Shown one piece after another: positions 56,555 to 64,000 of a stretch of 64,000 nucleotides of DNA (position 1 is its first letter; every line of letters starts with the position of its first letter). Under the pieces are notes generated by a model that did not search any database, was not told the origin of the DNA, and saw only the letters and a program-made list of their open reading frames with translations. This DNA comes from Patescibacteria group bacterium (GTDB lineage Bacteria; Patescibacteriota; Minisyncoccia; UBA6257; 2-01-FULL-56-20), in assembly GCA_018971305.1 (NCBI GenBank), contig JAGXBC010000002.1, positions 80,046-144,045 on the forward strand, in the 5' to 3' direction. Made by a program: the position numbers and the translations under genes.

Positions 56555-57281
56555 CATTATTGCAGCGGAAAACTTGAGCAAATCGTATGGCAGTAACAAG
56601 GCCGTGGACGGGTTGAATCTTCATATCAAGAAAGGCGAGTTTTTTGGTTTCTTGGGACCAAACGGCGCAGGGAAGACCACGACGATTCGGATAATCACGG
56701 GGATTTTGAAGCCGGACAGCGGGACGGTCGCGATCGACGGCAACGCTTCGGGGGATAAACAAAAAATCGCGCAGACCATCGGCGTTATCCCAGAGAGTCG
56801 CGGCTTTTACGATTGGATGACCGCCGTTGAATATCTCGGATTTTTCGCGGATCTCTATGGGATCGCCGGAAAGGAAAAAGAGGGGCGAATCAATTCTTTG
56901 CTTACAGAAGTCGATCTTCTGAAGCGCAAGCATTCAAGAATAGGGACATATTCCCGCGGCATGCGGCAGCGCCTCGGCCTCGCGCGGGCGCTTATCAACA
57001 ATCCACAGATACTTTTTCTTGATGAGCCGACGCTCGGGCTTGATCCGCAGGGGCAGGAGGACATCCAGCTTCTCTTGAAAAAACTGAACACAAAAGGCGT
57101 TACCGTTTTTCTCTCGTCGCACCTTTTGAACGAGGTTTCAAATCTTTGCTCACGCATCGGAATTATCAATAACGGAGTTTTAATCGCCGAGGGCACTGTC
57201 AACGAATTGCGGGAGAAGACCAAGCTCGACAAAGACAAAACGCTTACCGACATTTTTCTCAATCTCACCCGCAACAACTAA
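56547..57281 (+). CDS. ABC transporter ATP-binding protein (ABC-2 type)
   Basis: Walker A GPNGAGKTT, signature YSRGMRQR, Walker B LFLDEPTLGLD. Confidence 0.85.
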   Translation: MPDIIAAENLSKSYGSNKAVDGLNLHIKKGEFFGFLGPNGAGKTTTIRIITGILKPDSGTVAIDGNASGDKQKIAQTIGVIPESRGFYDWMTAVEYLGFFADLYGIAGKEKEGRINSLLTEVDLLKRKHSRIGTYSRGMRQRLGLARALINNPQILFLDEPTLGLDPQGQEDIQLLLKKLNTKGVTVFLSSHLLNEVSNLCSRIGIINNGVLIAEGTVNELREKTKLDKDKTLTDIFLNLTRNN

Positions 57282-57286
57282 AACTC

Positions 57287-58057
57287 ATGTTCACTCACAT
57301 TTGGAAAAAAGAAATACGGGGAGAGCTCTATACATGGAAAAGCATGCTCTGGCTTGTGATCGCATCGCTCCTCTTTAGCTTCACGAGCTATCTGTTGCTT
57401 ACGAACCAGGAGCTAAGCCTCCTCGACCAGACGGAACTCCTGTGGCTTCTCGGCAAGATCATCATCGGGGTCGCGTTGCTCATCGTTACGATCGACGCTT
57501 CGTCCATCGTGAATGTTGAATTCGAAAAAGAAACAGCGGAGAGCTTATTTCTCTCGCCAATATCCCTCAAGGATCTCATCCTCGGAAAGCTTTTCGCTTC
57601 ACTGACGCTCTGGGCCGCAATCTTTGTTATATCAATCCCATATATCATCGTCACATCAGCGGGATCGCATCTCGCGTGGGCGTTCGTGGGCTATGTCGCA
57701 TTGCTTGGCACGCTCGGTGTCGTTGGGCTCGTTTTCCTGATCTTCGGGTTATCGCTTCTCTATCGCTCAAGCAAGAACACGATCACGACAGCACTCATCA
57801 TTCTGCTTGCTTTTGCCACGCCAGCGCTTTTCACCTCGACCCTCAAGAACGACATTGTTTCGCAAACCTTCAGCGTCGTGAATCCGATCGATAACATCTT
57901 CAATTCGCTCGATAACGTGCTCGTGGACTACAAAACATCCCTACTGGAGAATTGGCAGTTTCTTTTGCCGCTTATCATATTCTGCGCCGTCGCATTCCTT
58001 TTCCTGTTCGTGAGCGCGAAACGATTTACCAAGCAAGGGATTATCAAAAATGATTAA
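57287..58057 (+). CDS. ABC-2 family transporter permease
   Basis: Six TM helices; paralog of the 12661 gene. Confidence 0.65.
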   Translation: MFTHIWKKEIRGELYTWKSMLWLVIASLLFSFTSYLLLTNQELSLLDQTELLWLLGKIIIGVALLIVTIDASSIVNVEFEKETAESLFLSPISLKDLILGKLFASLTLWAAIFVISIPYIIVTSAGSHLAWAFVGYVALLGTLGVVGLVFLIFGLSLLYRSSKNTITTALIILLAFATPALFTSTLKNDIVSQTFSVVNPIDNIFNSLDNVLVDYKTSLLENWQFLLPLIIFCAVAFLFLFVSAKRFTKQGIIKND

Positions 58058-58586
58058 GCCGATGAAAAATATATTCTTTTTGTTCGCGCTCTTGATCTCG
58101 GCGGGCTTTGTGGCGAACGCACATGCGGCTGCACCACCGCTCACAATGCAAATCCTTTCATCGAGTAGCTTGAGCGGCACGGCGGGTGATTTCGTGACCG
58201 TACAAGGTCAGATTGCCAATACCGGATCGCAGCCACAGAGCGACGTCACGACATATCTTTCGCTTATGGATAATCAGAACAAGCTCCCCGTCGATCTCGA
58301 AGACTGGAGCGCGGAGAAAGGACTCTATATAGGAACGATCGATGCACATCAAACGCTCCCATTGAATTGGAAAATACATTTCGTAAAAGCCGGAACGTAT
58401 TCTCTCATCATTATCGCGGAGGCGTCGGGAAGCGACCTTCCGCAAGTAAGCAGTATCACTCAATTCAACGTGAGTCCGAAGCGGAACTTGAATCCCGGGC
58501 AGGTTTTGCCGGTCGCTCTTGGAACGCCGATCGTCCTTATTTTCATAATTTTTCTACTGGCCTACCGAAGGCGGGTGGAGGAATAA
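58050..58586 (+). CDS. Exported protein with C-terminal TM anchor and basic tail
   Basis: N-terminal signal peptide, C-terminal ...PIVLIFIIFLLAYRRRVEE. Confidence 0.45.
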   Translation: MIKPMKNIFFLFALLISAGFVANAHAAAPPLTMQILSSSSLSGTAGDFVTVQGQIANTGSQPQSDVTTYLSLMDNQNKLPVDLEDWSAEKGLYIGTIDAHQTLPLNWKIHFVKAGTYSLIIIAEASGSDLPQVSSITQFNVSPKRNLNPGQVLPVALGTPIVLIFIIFLLAYRRRVEE

Positions 58587-58615
58587 CGTTTAACAAAAAT
58601 TTTTTAGCTCCTCCT

Positions 58616-59434
58616 ATGGCAAAGCTTCAAAACAGCGGCAAAAAACATACAGAACACAAACAAGAAAACCGAATCGAAACAAAAGTTGCCGCGTTTTATG
58701 ATACCTACGACTACATCGCATTCTGGAAAGGAAGAGATTACGAAAACAAGGCGGACGTTATCGCCGTTTCAAAACTTCTCCGCAAGATTAAGAGTCCTCA
58801 TAAACGGATTATCGATATAGGCGTCGGAAGCGGCAGGATGGTGCCGCTGTATGAAAGCAAGTGGGATGCATGCGTCTTTCTTGATCCTTCGAATGTCCAG
58901 CTCGAGATCGCACGCCGGGCCGTAAAGGAACCGGAGAAAGCTACCTTTATGCAGGGCGCGGCGGAATCCATTCCTCTCCCCGATGGCGCATGCGACACTG
59001 CGCTCTGCACGAGGGCATTCCATTACGTCGATCAACCCGACCGCGCGATTGCGGAAATAGCACGCATTCTGGTGCCCGGTGGCTATCTTATTCTTGAAAT
59101 CCCGAACAAGGTGCATTTCAAGGCGAGGGTAGCCGCCTGGTTTTCGCCAAAGAAGCGTCAGGAGATATTCTCAAGAGATCCCGTGAGCCGTCTCGTCAAA
59201 GAGGTGGATATCGTTTTTCTCAATCACCATCCCGAAGCGATTGCCGTGGCCCTACAATCAAAAGGATTTGTTATCGAAAAAGTGCTTTCCGCATCCAACT
59301 TCAGGCATCCCTTGTTCAAGAAAATCATCCCCTTGGGCATTCTTCTCTTCGCCGAGCGTTTGCTCCAGAGGCCGCTTGCGGGAACATGGTTCGGGCCGAG
59401 CATCTATTTTTTGGCGAGGAAAATGAAAAAATAA
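58616..59434 (+). CDS. Class I SAM-dependent methyltransferase
   Basis: Motif I IIDIGVGSGRM, motif post-I/II ...LILEIPNK; start at the internal ATG (MAKLQN); the longer track ORF overlaps the previous gene. Confidence 0.65.
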   Translation: MAKLQNSGKKHTEHKQENRIETKVAAFYDTYDYIAFWKGRDYENKADVIAVSKLLRKIKSPHKRIIDIGVGSGRMVPLYESKWDACVFLDPSNVQLEIARRAVKEPEKATFMQGAAESIPLPDGACDTALCTRAFHYVDQPDRAIAEIARILVPGGYLILEIPNKVHFKARVAAWFSPKKRQEIFSRDPVSRLVKEVDIVFLNHHPEAIAVALQSKGFVIEKVLSASNFRHPLFKKIIPLGILLFAERLLQRPLAGTWFGPSIYFLARKMKK

Positions 59435-59448
59435 AACCGTTTTATTTC

Positions 59449-59760
59449 ATGAAGAAAACCTTCGTATCGATAATTCTTTTAACCTTTTTACTTGGCGGAG
59501 TTTCTTTTGCCCAAGCACAGAATTCTTCCTCCTCAACGAGTACGTTACGCTATCCAACGATCCACTTCCCGGGACAGATGCCGCCTCCTTCGCAAACCGG
59601 CGCGGCATCCCCGGCAAAGCATAAAACTTCGTCGAAAGCTAAACAGGCCAAGAAGCCAATTGTTAAGAAACCGACGAAGCCGAAAAAGAAGCTTGCCCCC
59701 AAGGTGAAAAAAGTTATAGGAGCCAAACCACCCAAACCGATCATAAAGAAAACCAAATGA
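59449..59760 (+). CDS. Small secreted protein with Lys/Pro-rich basic C-terminal tail
   Basis: Signal peptide MKKTFVSIILLTFLLGGVSFAQA, then KKPxKPKKK repeats; start at the internal ATG. Confidence 0.45.
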   Translation: MKKTFVSIILLTFLLGGVSFAQAQNSSSSTSTLRYPTIHFPGQMPPPSQTGAASPAKHKTSSKAKQAKKPIVKKPTKPKKKLAPKVKKVIGAKPPKPIIKKTK

Positions 59761-59776
59761 GGAAAATATAAATGAC

Positions 59777-60367
59777 ATGCGCCCGGCTTCCAAGAAATAT
59801 TATTATGTCGTCGCGGCCGCTGTTTTATTTTTCGTAGCTGCGGGCATGTTTTTGATCCCTCGGGTGATAACAGTTGTGCAAAAATCGGTTCCTCTGCCCA
59901 CCGCGATCGACCCCAATTTCTCAACGCAAGTGAACGAGTGCTTTATTCCGGTTGCTGCCGCGTACGGATATTCGCTGCGCATCGTATCGGGTTTCAGAAG
60001 CATGGCACAGCAACAGCAAGTATACGACCAAGGCAGATTGGAAAATGGAGTTGTCGTCTCGGAAGCATCGCCCGGACACAGCCTTCATAATTATGGTTTT
60101 GCCGTAGACGTCGCCGACATATGGAGAGGATATAATATCAACTGGCCAAGGCTTATCGCAATCGGCGCGTATTGCGGTTTGGGCAACGGCGGTGTCGGAG
60201 ATTATCCTCACTTTGAATACCGGGGCGGGCTTGTCACGGCGGATTTTGCCGCTGGCAAGAGGCCACCGCTGCTCACGCTCCCATGCGCGATTATGGACGC
60301 ACGGGCAAAAGCAAGCAAACCGCTAACGCTCAAAGATCTTCAGGGCTGCGCCGCCCCTAAATTCTAA
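59777..60367 (+). CDS. Peptidase M15 family (VanY/D-Ala-D-Ala carboxypeptidase or L-Ala-D-Glu endopeptidase-like) with N-terminal TM anchor
   Basis: SPGHSLHNYGFAVDV (SxHxxGxAxD) and upstream LRIVSGFRS...QQQ segment typical of M15; N-terminal hydrophobic anchor. Confidence 0.65.
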   Translation: MRPASKKYYYVVAAAVLFFVAAGMFLIPRVITVVQKSVPLPTAIDPNFSTQVNECFIPVAAAYGYSLRIVSGFRSMAQQQQVYDQGRLENGVVVSEASPGHSLHNYGFAVDVADIWRGYNINWPRLIAIGAYCGLGNGGVGDYPHFEYRGGLVTADFAAGKRPPLLTLPCAIMDARAKASKPLTLKDLQGCAAPKF

Positions 60368-60410
60368 CAAGGCATCGGACAGGCGAGTCGTATGGTGTTT
60401 TAGTATATTC

Positions 60411-61106
60411 ATGGATTTCGATAAAAGCATTGTTATTCTCAATCAATTACTTTCTGACGAAAACCCCGAGGCATTTAACAGCTCGTGGATTTTGAAGCAT
60501 GCGCCGAAGGTGTACCGCTTCATTTGGAAAAATGTCCGAACCGAAATTGGCACGGTAGACTGGGATCGCGTGACTTATGCGATCGAATGGAAATACCAGC
60601 GGCGATGGGCTCCAGGCAAGCAAAAGAAGAACATCGTTCCTTACGAGAATCCGGTCGAGGTTGAATCGATACTCAAAAAATATGAGGGCAAGACGTATGT
60701 CTTTGTCGCTCCCACTGATCTGAACGACCGCCGCGTTCGAGATATCATGAGTATCTCGCTCGTGCGGCTGGCGCAGAACGGCAATCTTTCAGCCAAAGAA
60801 GAATTGATGAAGCTTCTCGGTTACACAATTGCCGATTGGTTGGAACGTTTCTATTTCCTTTCTCGCTGGCAGGGATACGATGACCAAATTCGAGAAAATC
60901 TTGAGCGATGCATCCGCCGCTACCGCTACACCGGATCATTTGCGATGTATCTTTTTCGGACGCTTGAGTACGCAGGGCGTGGTATCCGGCCATTCTACGC
61001 GTATTCACTCGACAAGCCCGTCGCATGCGATGCTGAGAAGCGGATGATCGAGAACGTCGTCCAAGATACGGAAACAGGCGAGATACAGCTCTATGGCCGA
61101 GCATAA
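60411..61106 (+). CDS. Hypothetical protein (231 aa)
   Basis: ORF; no motif. Confidence 0.45.
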   Translation: MDFDKSIVILNQLLSDENPEAFNSSWILKHAPKVYRFIWKNVRTEIGTVDWDRVTYAIEWKYQRRWAPGKQKKNIVPYENPVEVESILKKYEGKTYVFVAPTDLNDRRVRDIMSISLVRLAQNGNLSAKEELMKLLGYTIADWLERFYFLSRWQGYDDQIRENLERCIRRYRYTGSFAMYLFRTLEYAGRGIRPFYAYSLDKPVACDAEKRMIENVVQDTETGEIQLYGRA

Positions 61107-61149
61107 ATTATCGCGCAGAAAATCGTGCGCAACTTTATCGGCTACAATC

Positions 61150-61360
61150 GGATATAATCGGCTATAGGTGGTATATCCGATTCCATTTTGGACTTATGGC
61201 CATTTCAGTTTTTGTACTGAATTGTTAAATAACTGAAATGACTATTTGTATGAAATGTTCCATTTTGGACAAAGTCCAAAATGCCCTCCGAGTGTCCAAT
61301 ATGTCCAAAATGGATGCGACCGCGAGGCTTCGGCCCTACCAAAATTTCCGAAAATGCCCT
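61150..61360. repeat. Iteron-like array: five copies of GTCCAA(A/T)ATGG / CCATTTTGGAC (61183-93, 61260-70, 61274-84, 61294-303, 61303-13) including the palindrome CCATTTTGGAC-AAA-GTCCAAAATG, plus inverted repeats CGGATATA/TATATCCG and CATTTCAGTT/AACTGAAATG
   Basis: Direct reading of an intergenic region between the 60411 gene and tRNA-Ile; the TTTTGGACA/TGTCCA core recurs in the palindromes at 48733-48798. Confidence 0.55.
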
Positions 61361-61539
61361 ATAATTTTTTCCAAACCCAGCGATCGGGAGGCCTCAAAAG
61401 AGAGGAGAAGAAAACCCTTGGAAACGCTTGTGTGGTTGCATCCAAAGAGGTCGCAGACCGCTAGGGGGCACCAGTTAGTTTGTCCTTTGAAGAAATAATA
61501 AAATAGAGTCGTATTGAAACAGCCCTATTTTATTTTTTG

Positions 61540-61611
61540 TGCGCATGGTAGGAATCGAACCTACGACCTCGTTCTTATCAGGAACGCGTTCTACCACTGA
61601 ACTACATGCGC
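61540..61611 (-). tRNA. tRNA-Ile (anticodon GAT)
   Basis: Reverse complement folds: acceptor GCGCATG/CATGCGC, D-arm GTTCAGTGGTAGAAC, anticodon loop CTGATAA, T-loop TTCGATT. Confidence 0.8.
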
Positions 61612-61702
61612 CTTTTCGGTTTTGGGGTGGTATGCCTACGATGACAATTATAGACAATTTTATTTAAAAATTCCATTCCAGCCAACGTGCCTCTTTGGAC
61701 AT

Positions 61703-62449
61703 ATGGCGGGTTATAATGAATATATGCTTGAACCGGAAGTTATCTATGAGGATAAAAATTTTTTGGCGGTGAATAAACCGGCCGGGCTTTTAGTCCATGG
61801 CGCAAGGAACATAAGTCAGGTAGCGAGTGAGTCAACTCTTGTTGATTGGCTTGTGCAAAAATATCCGGAAATAAAAACGGTGGGGGATGACCCCGAAACG
61901 CGTCCAGGAATTATCCACCGTTTAGACAAAGCGACTTCCGGCGTTTTGCTTATAGCGAGAACACAGGACTATTTTAAATATCTAAAATCTCTTTTTCAGA
62001 AGCATGAAATCAAAAAAATTTATTTAGCCGTTGCTGCTGGAATAGTTGAGCCGCGGGAGGGGATTATAGACAGGCCAATCGGCATCCGCAATGGCACGCT
62101 TAAGCGGAGCGTTCATTCGGCGAAAATGGCCAAAGAAGCGGTTACTGGATATAAGGTGGTCAAATATATCAGTGACACGGGACAAGCGGGAAGCGAGAAA
62201 AAACTTTCTTTTTTAGAAATTTATCCCAAAACGGGAAGGACGCACCAAATCCGGGTGCACCTCGGAAGCATAGGACATCCTATAATGGGTGATTTGTTGT
62301 ATGGAGGAAAAGTTGGTCATCGACCCTTAAAACGATTAATGCTTCATGCCCTATCCATCGAATTTACCGACAATAATGGGAGGAGAATGAAAATAGAAGC
62401 TGAACCGCCAGATGACTTTATGAGTATCATTAACGCGTCCGATAATTAA
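61703..62449 (+). CDS. Pseudouridine synthase, RluA family
   Basis: LAVNKPAGLLVHG, catalytic HRLDKATSGVLLIAR (Asp), ...RTHQIRVHL; start at ATG 61703 or 61724. Confidence 0.8.
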   Translation: MAGYNEYMLEPEVIYEDKNFLAVNKPAGLLVHGARNISQVASESTLVDWLVQKYPEIKTVGDDPETRPGIIHRLDKATSGVLLIARTQDYFKYLKSLFQKHEIKKIYLAVAAGIVEPREGIIDRPIGIRNGTLKRSVHSAKMAKEAVTGYKVVKYISDTGQAGSEKKLSFLEIYPKTGRTHQIRVHLGSIGHPIMGDLLYGGKVGHRPLKRLMLHALSIEFTDNNGRRMKIEAEPPDDFMSIINASDN

Positions 62450-62563
62450 TTTACCTCTTCATAAAAACGAAAAATAAGTTATCCACAGTACTCCATTTGG
62501 CGGTTTCCGGCATTTGCTATAATAAATCTATTAATGAAAGGTCGGGTTTCAGGCTAATTTCAA

Positions 62564-63145
62564 ATGAAACATAACAAAAATAATAATAAGGGTTTCACCC
62601 TCATAGAGCTTCTAGTTGTCATCGCCATTATCGCCGTTCTTTCCATTGTTGTCATCCTAACCTTGAATCCGGCAGAGCTTCTGAAGCAGGCCAGGGATTC
62701 CAACAGGATTTCAGATTTAAATACGATGAAAAGCGCCATCTCCCTATATTTGGCGGATGTCAGCACTGTGAATTTGGGAACTGCAAGTAAGTGTTATTTT
62801 GGAGTCATTACTACAACAACTTGTGCTACTTGGATGACTACCCAGAGTGCCACCCAAACGACGGCTATAGCTACGGCAAGAAGTGTTAGCGGTAATGGTT
62901 GGATACCGGTAGCGTTCACGAACATCAGTTCGGGTGCGCCAATTGGGTCAGAGCCTCTTGATCCAACAAACACAGGCAACCTTTTCTACAGCTATATGGC
63001 CACTTCTTCGCCGTCGACTACCTTCAAACTTGCTGCGAAGACAGAGAGTGTCAAATACAGCGCAAGCGGAACTTCCGATGTTGAATCTACTGACGGTGGT
63101 AAAGATAATTCGACCTACGAGACGGGGACTGAGATTACGATGTAG
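62564..63145 (+). CDS. Type IV pilin / pseudopilin (prepilin N-terminal cleavage/methylation domain)
   Basis: MKHNKNNNKG|FTLIELLVVIAIIAVLS with Gly-1/Phe+1/Glu+5; Thr/Ser-rich variable C-terminal domain. Confidence 0.85.
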   Translation: MKHNKNNNKGFTLIELLVVIAIIAVLSIVVILTLNPAELLKQARDSNRISDLNTMKSAISLYLADVSTVNLGTASKCYFGVITTTTCATWMTTQSATQTTAIATARSVSGNGWIPVAFTNISSGAPIGSEPLDPTNTGNLFYSYMATSSPSTTFKLAAKTESVKYSASGTSDVESTDGGKDNSTYETGTEITM

Positions 63146-63176
63146 TTTGAACTGGCGATTCTTGCTTATGCGGCAA

Positions 63177-63215
63177 AACAGCGGCAATTCTTCGCGAATA
63201 GCCGCTGTTTTTGTT
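63177..63215 (+). terminator. Rho-independent terminator AAACAGCGGC...GCCGCTGTTT + TTGTTATT
   Basis: 9-10 bp stem with T-rich tail ~30 nt after the pilin stop. Confidence 0.6.
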
Positions 63216-63336
63216 ATTATTATGATAATCACGATACAAGATATACGCAACACGAGATGTAAAAATGAAATGTAATTAGAGTGCTTTTTCATAATACTTG
63301 CCTCGTGATATGTGATACGCGCTTCGTGTCAATGCC

Positions 63337-64000
63337 ATGCACATCCCCTTACCCGAACCGCAATTAAAGAGAATATTGATTGACGACAAGCTCATAACTT
63401 CGGAGCGTTTTGATGCTCTTCTTGACGAAGCCGAAAGGAAAAATCAGAGTATTTTGGATGTGCTCGTAGCTCAGGGTATAGTTGACGCAAATTATTTGGG
63501 AAATTTAGTGGCCGATGCCTTAGGGGTGGGGCGTGTTGATTTTTCCAATATTGCGATAGATAAGGAATTAGTTCAGCTTATACCGGAGCAGACCTCCAGA
63601 CAGAGGCAGGCGATTCTTTTCCGCCGCGAACCGGACGGAATTATAGATGTGGCGATGACCGATCCGTCTGACCTGGAAACGATAGAATTTTTAACCCAGC
63701 GCCTAAAAACAAAAATAAAACCGTTCCTGGCCACGACAGACGATTTGAACAGGGGATTTTCCGTTTATGGCTATGAGCTTGGTCAAGATTTCAAAAAACT
63801 GATTGAAGACAATATCCGGCAGTCGCTATCCGTGAGGTCGAAGACAATAGAAGAGGCCGCCGCAGAACTGCCAATTGTGGGTATCGTTGATAATTTATTG
63901 TCTTACGCCATTGCTTCGCGGGCTTCAGACATCCATATAGAAATTCTAGAAGACTCCATGCTTGTGCGTTACCGCATAGACGGCATCCTTTATGAAGTTT
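63337..64000 (+). CDS. pilB: Type IV pilus assembly / type II secretion ATPase PilB/GspE, 3' end truncated by window edge
   Basis: N-terminal T2SSE_N-like domain (...ILFRREPDGIIDVAMTDPSD...), entering the ATPase N-domain (...LPIVGIVDNLLSYAIASRASDIHIE); runs to the window end. Confidence 0.8.
   Translation, partial: MHIPLPEPQLKRILIDDKLITSERFDALLDEAERKNQSILDVLVAQGIVDANYLGNLVADALGVGRVDFSNIAIDKELVQLIPEQTSRQRQAILFRREPDGIIDVAMTDPSDLETIEFLTQRLKTKIKPFLATTDDLNRGFSVYGYELGQDFKKLIEDNIRQSLSVRSKTIEEAAAELPIVGIVDNLLSYAIASRASDIHIEILEDSMLVRYRIDGILYEV

Larger units (their letters stand above)
46800..61330. mobile_element. Putative integrated element B reaching the 3' end of tRNA-Ile: serine recombinase 2, phage packaging module, TCS/ABC module, M15 peptidase, iteron-like array
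   Basis: Paralogous recombinase; phage-derived genes; GC-richer by eye than both flanks (pilin/RluA side and RM operon); related GTCCA/TGGAC motifs at both ends; boundaries inferred, not demonstrated. Confidence 0.35.

Noticed and set aside
58367-58615. N-terminal extension of the methyltransferase ORF (and similarly 59386-59448, 8429-8464, 24042-24107, 46806-46835, 52091-52147)
   Set aside because: Extensions overlap upstream genes or lack an RBS; internal ATGs with better context chosen as starts
61238-61498. 86-aa ORF within the iteron-like region
   Set aside because: Lies entirely across the repeated motif array; Cys/Arg/Lys-rich low-complexity translation; more likely non-coding regulatory DNA
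1-64000. Searched for CRISPR arrays (regular 25-40 bp repeats with unique spacers), reverse transcriptases/retron or DGR features, rRNA genes and IS transposases
   Set aside because: None seen. The only regularly repeated short motifs are the GTCCAAAATGG array (irregular spacing, both orientations) and the tRNA-end copies, neither of which has CRISPR architecture

Overview
The window reads as a chromosomal segment from a small-genome bacterium. I tentatively think the gene content looks like Patescibacteria/CPR (short 487-aa IF-2, secE-nusG followed directly by rpsR, a type IV pilin with pilB, dprA), but this is inference only.

Positions 1-34,000 are mostly housekeeping: htpX (5' partial), an archaeal-type UMP-kinase-like gene, an ECF sigma factor with a membrane partner, a MacAB-like HlyD/ABC/FtsX efflux set, and an FMN-binding/ApbE/NqrB-like-FNR flavinylation cluster. 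They also hold two ABC-2 exporter sets, rdgB, gyrB, secE-nusG-rpsR, infB-rbfA, parA-parB, rel, topA and dprA. I can fold eight tRNAs by eye: Ser-GGA, Ser-GCT, Cys-GCA, Leu-TAA, Leu-CAA, Val-GAC and Ile-GAT, plus tRNA-derived fragments and repeats around several of them.

Positions 34,100-61,300 look like a composite accessory region lying between the 3' ends of tRNA-Val and tRNA-Ile, made of two parts.
- Part A: a large serine recombinase, then a tightly packed co-directional operon hsdM-hsdS-[unknown 2TM/alpha-repeat protein]-hsdR-DUF45/YgjP-like metallohydrolase-KAP family P-loop NTPase. This Type I RM operon with three extra co-transcribed genes is my best candidate for an undescribed defence arrangement.
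- Part B: a second, paralogous large serine recombinase followed by striking GTCCA/TGGAC palindromes, a phage DNA-packaging module without structural genes (terminase large subunit, HTH small protein, ParB-nuclease::DNA-MTase fusion), an OmpR/intramembrane-HK two-component system with an ABC-2 exporter, a SAM-MTase, an N-terminally anchored M15 peptidase, and an iteron-like GTCCAAAATGG motif array just before tRNA-Ile.

The window ends with an RluA-family pseudouridine synthase, a type IV pilin and the start of pilB. I found no CRISPR array, reverse transcriptase or rRNA.

CDS coordinates follow the supplied ORF track, with starts adjusted where an internal ATG plus RBS or context fits better. 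tRNA, repeat and regulatory coordinates were counted by hand and may be off by 1-2 nt.
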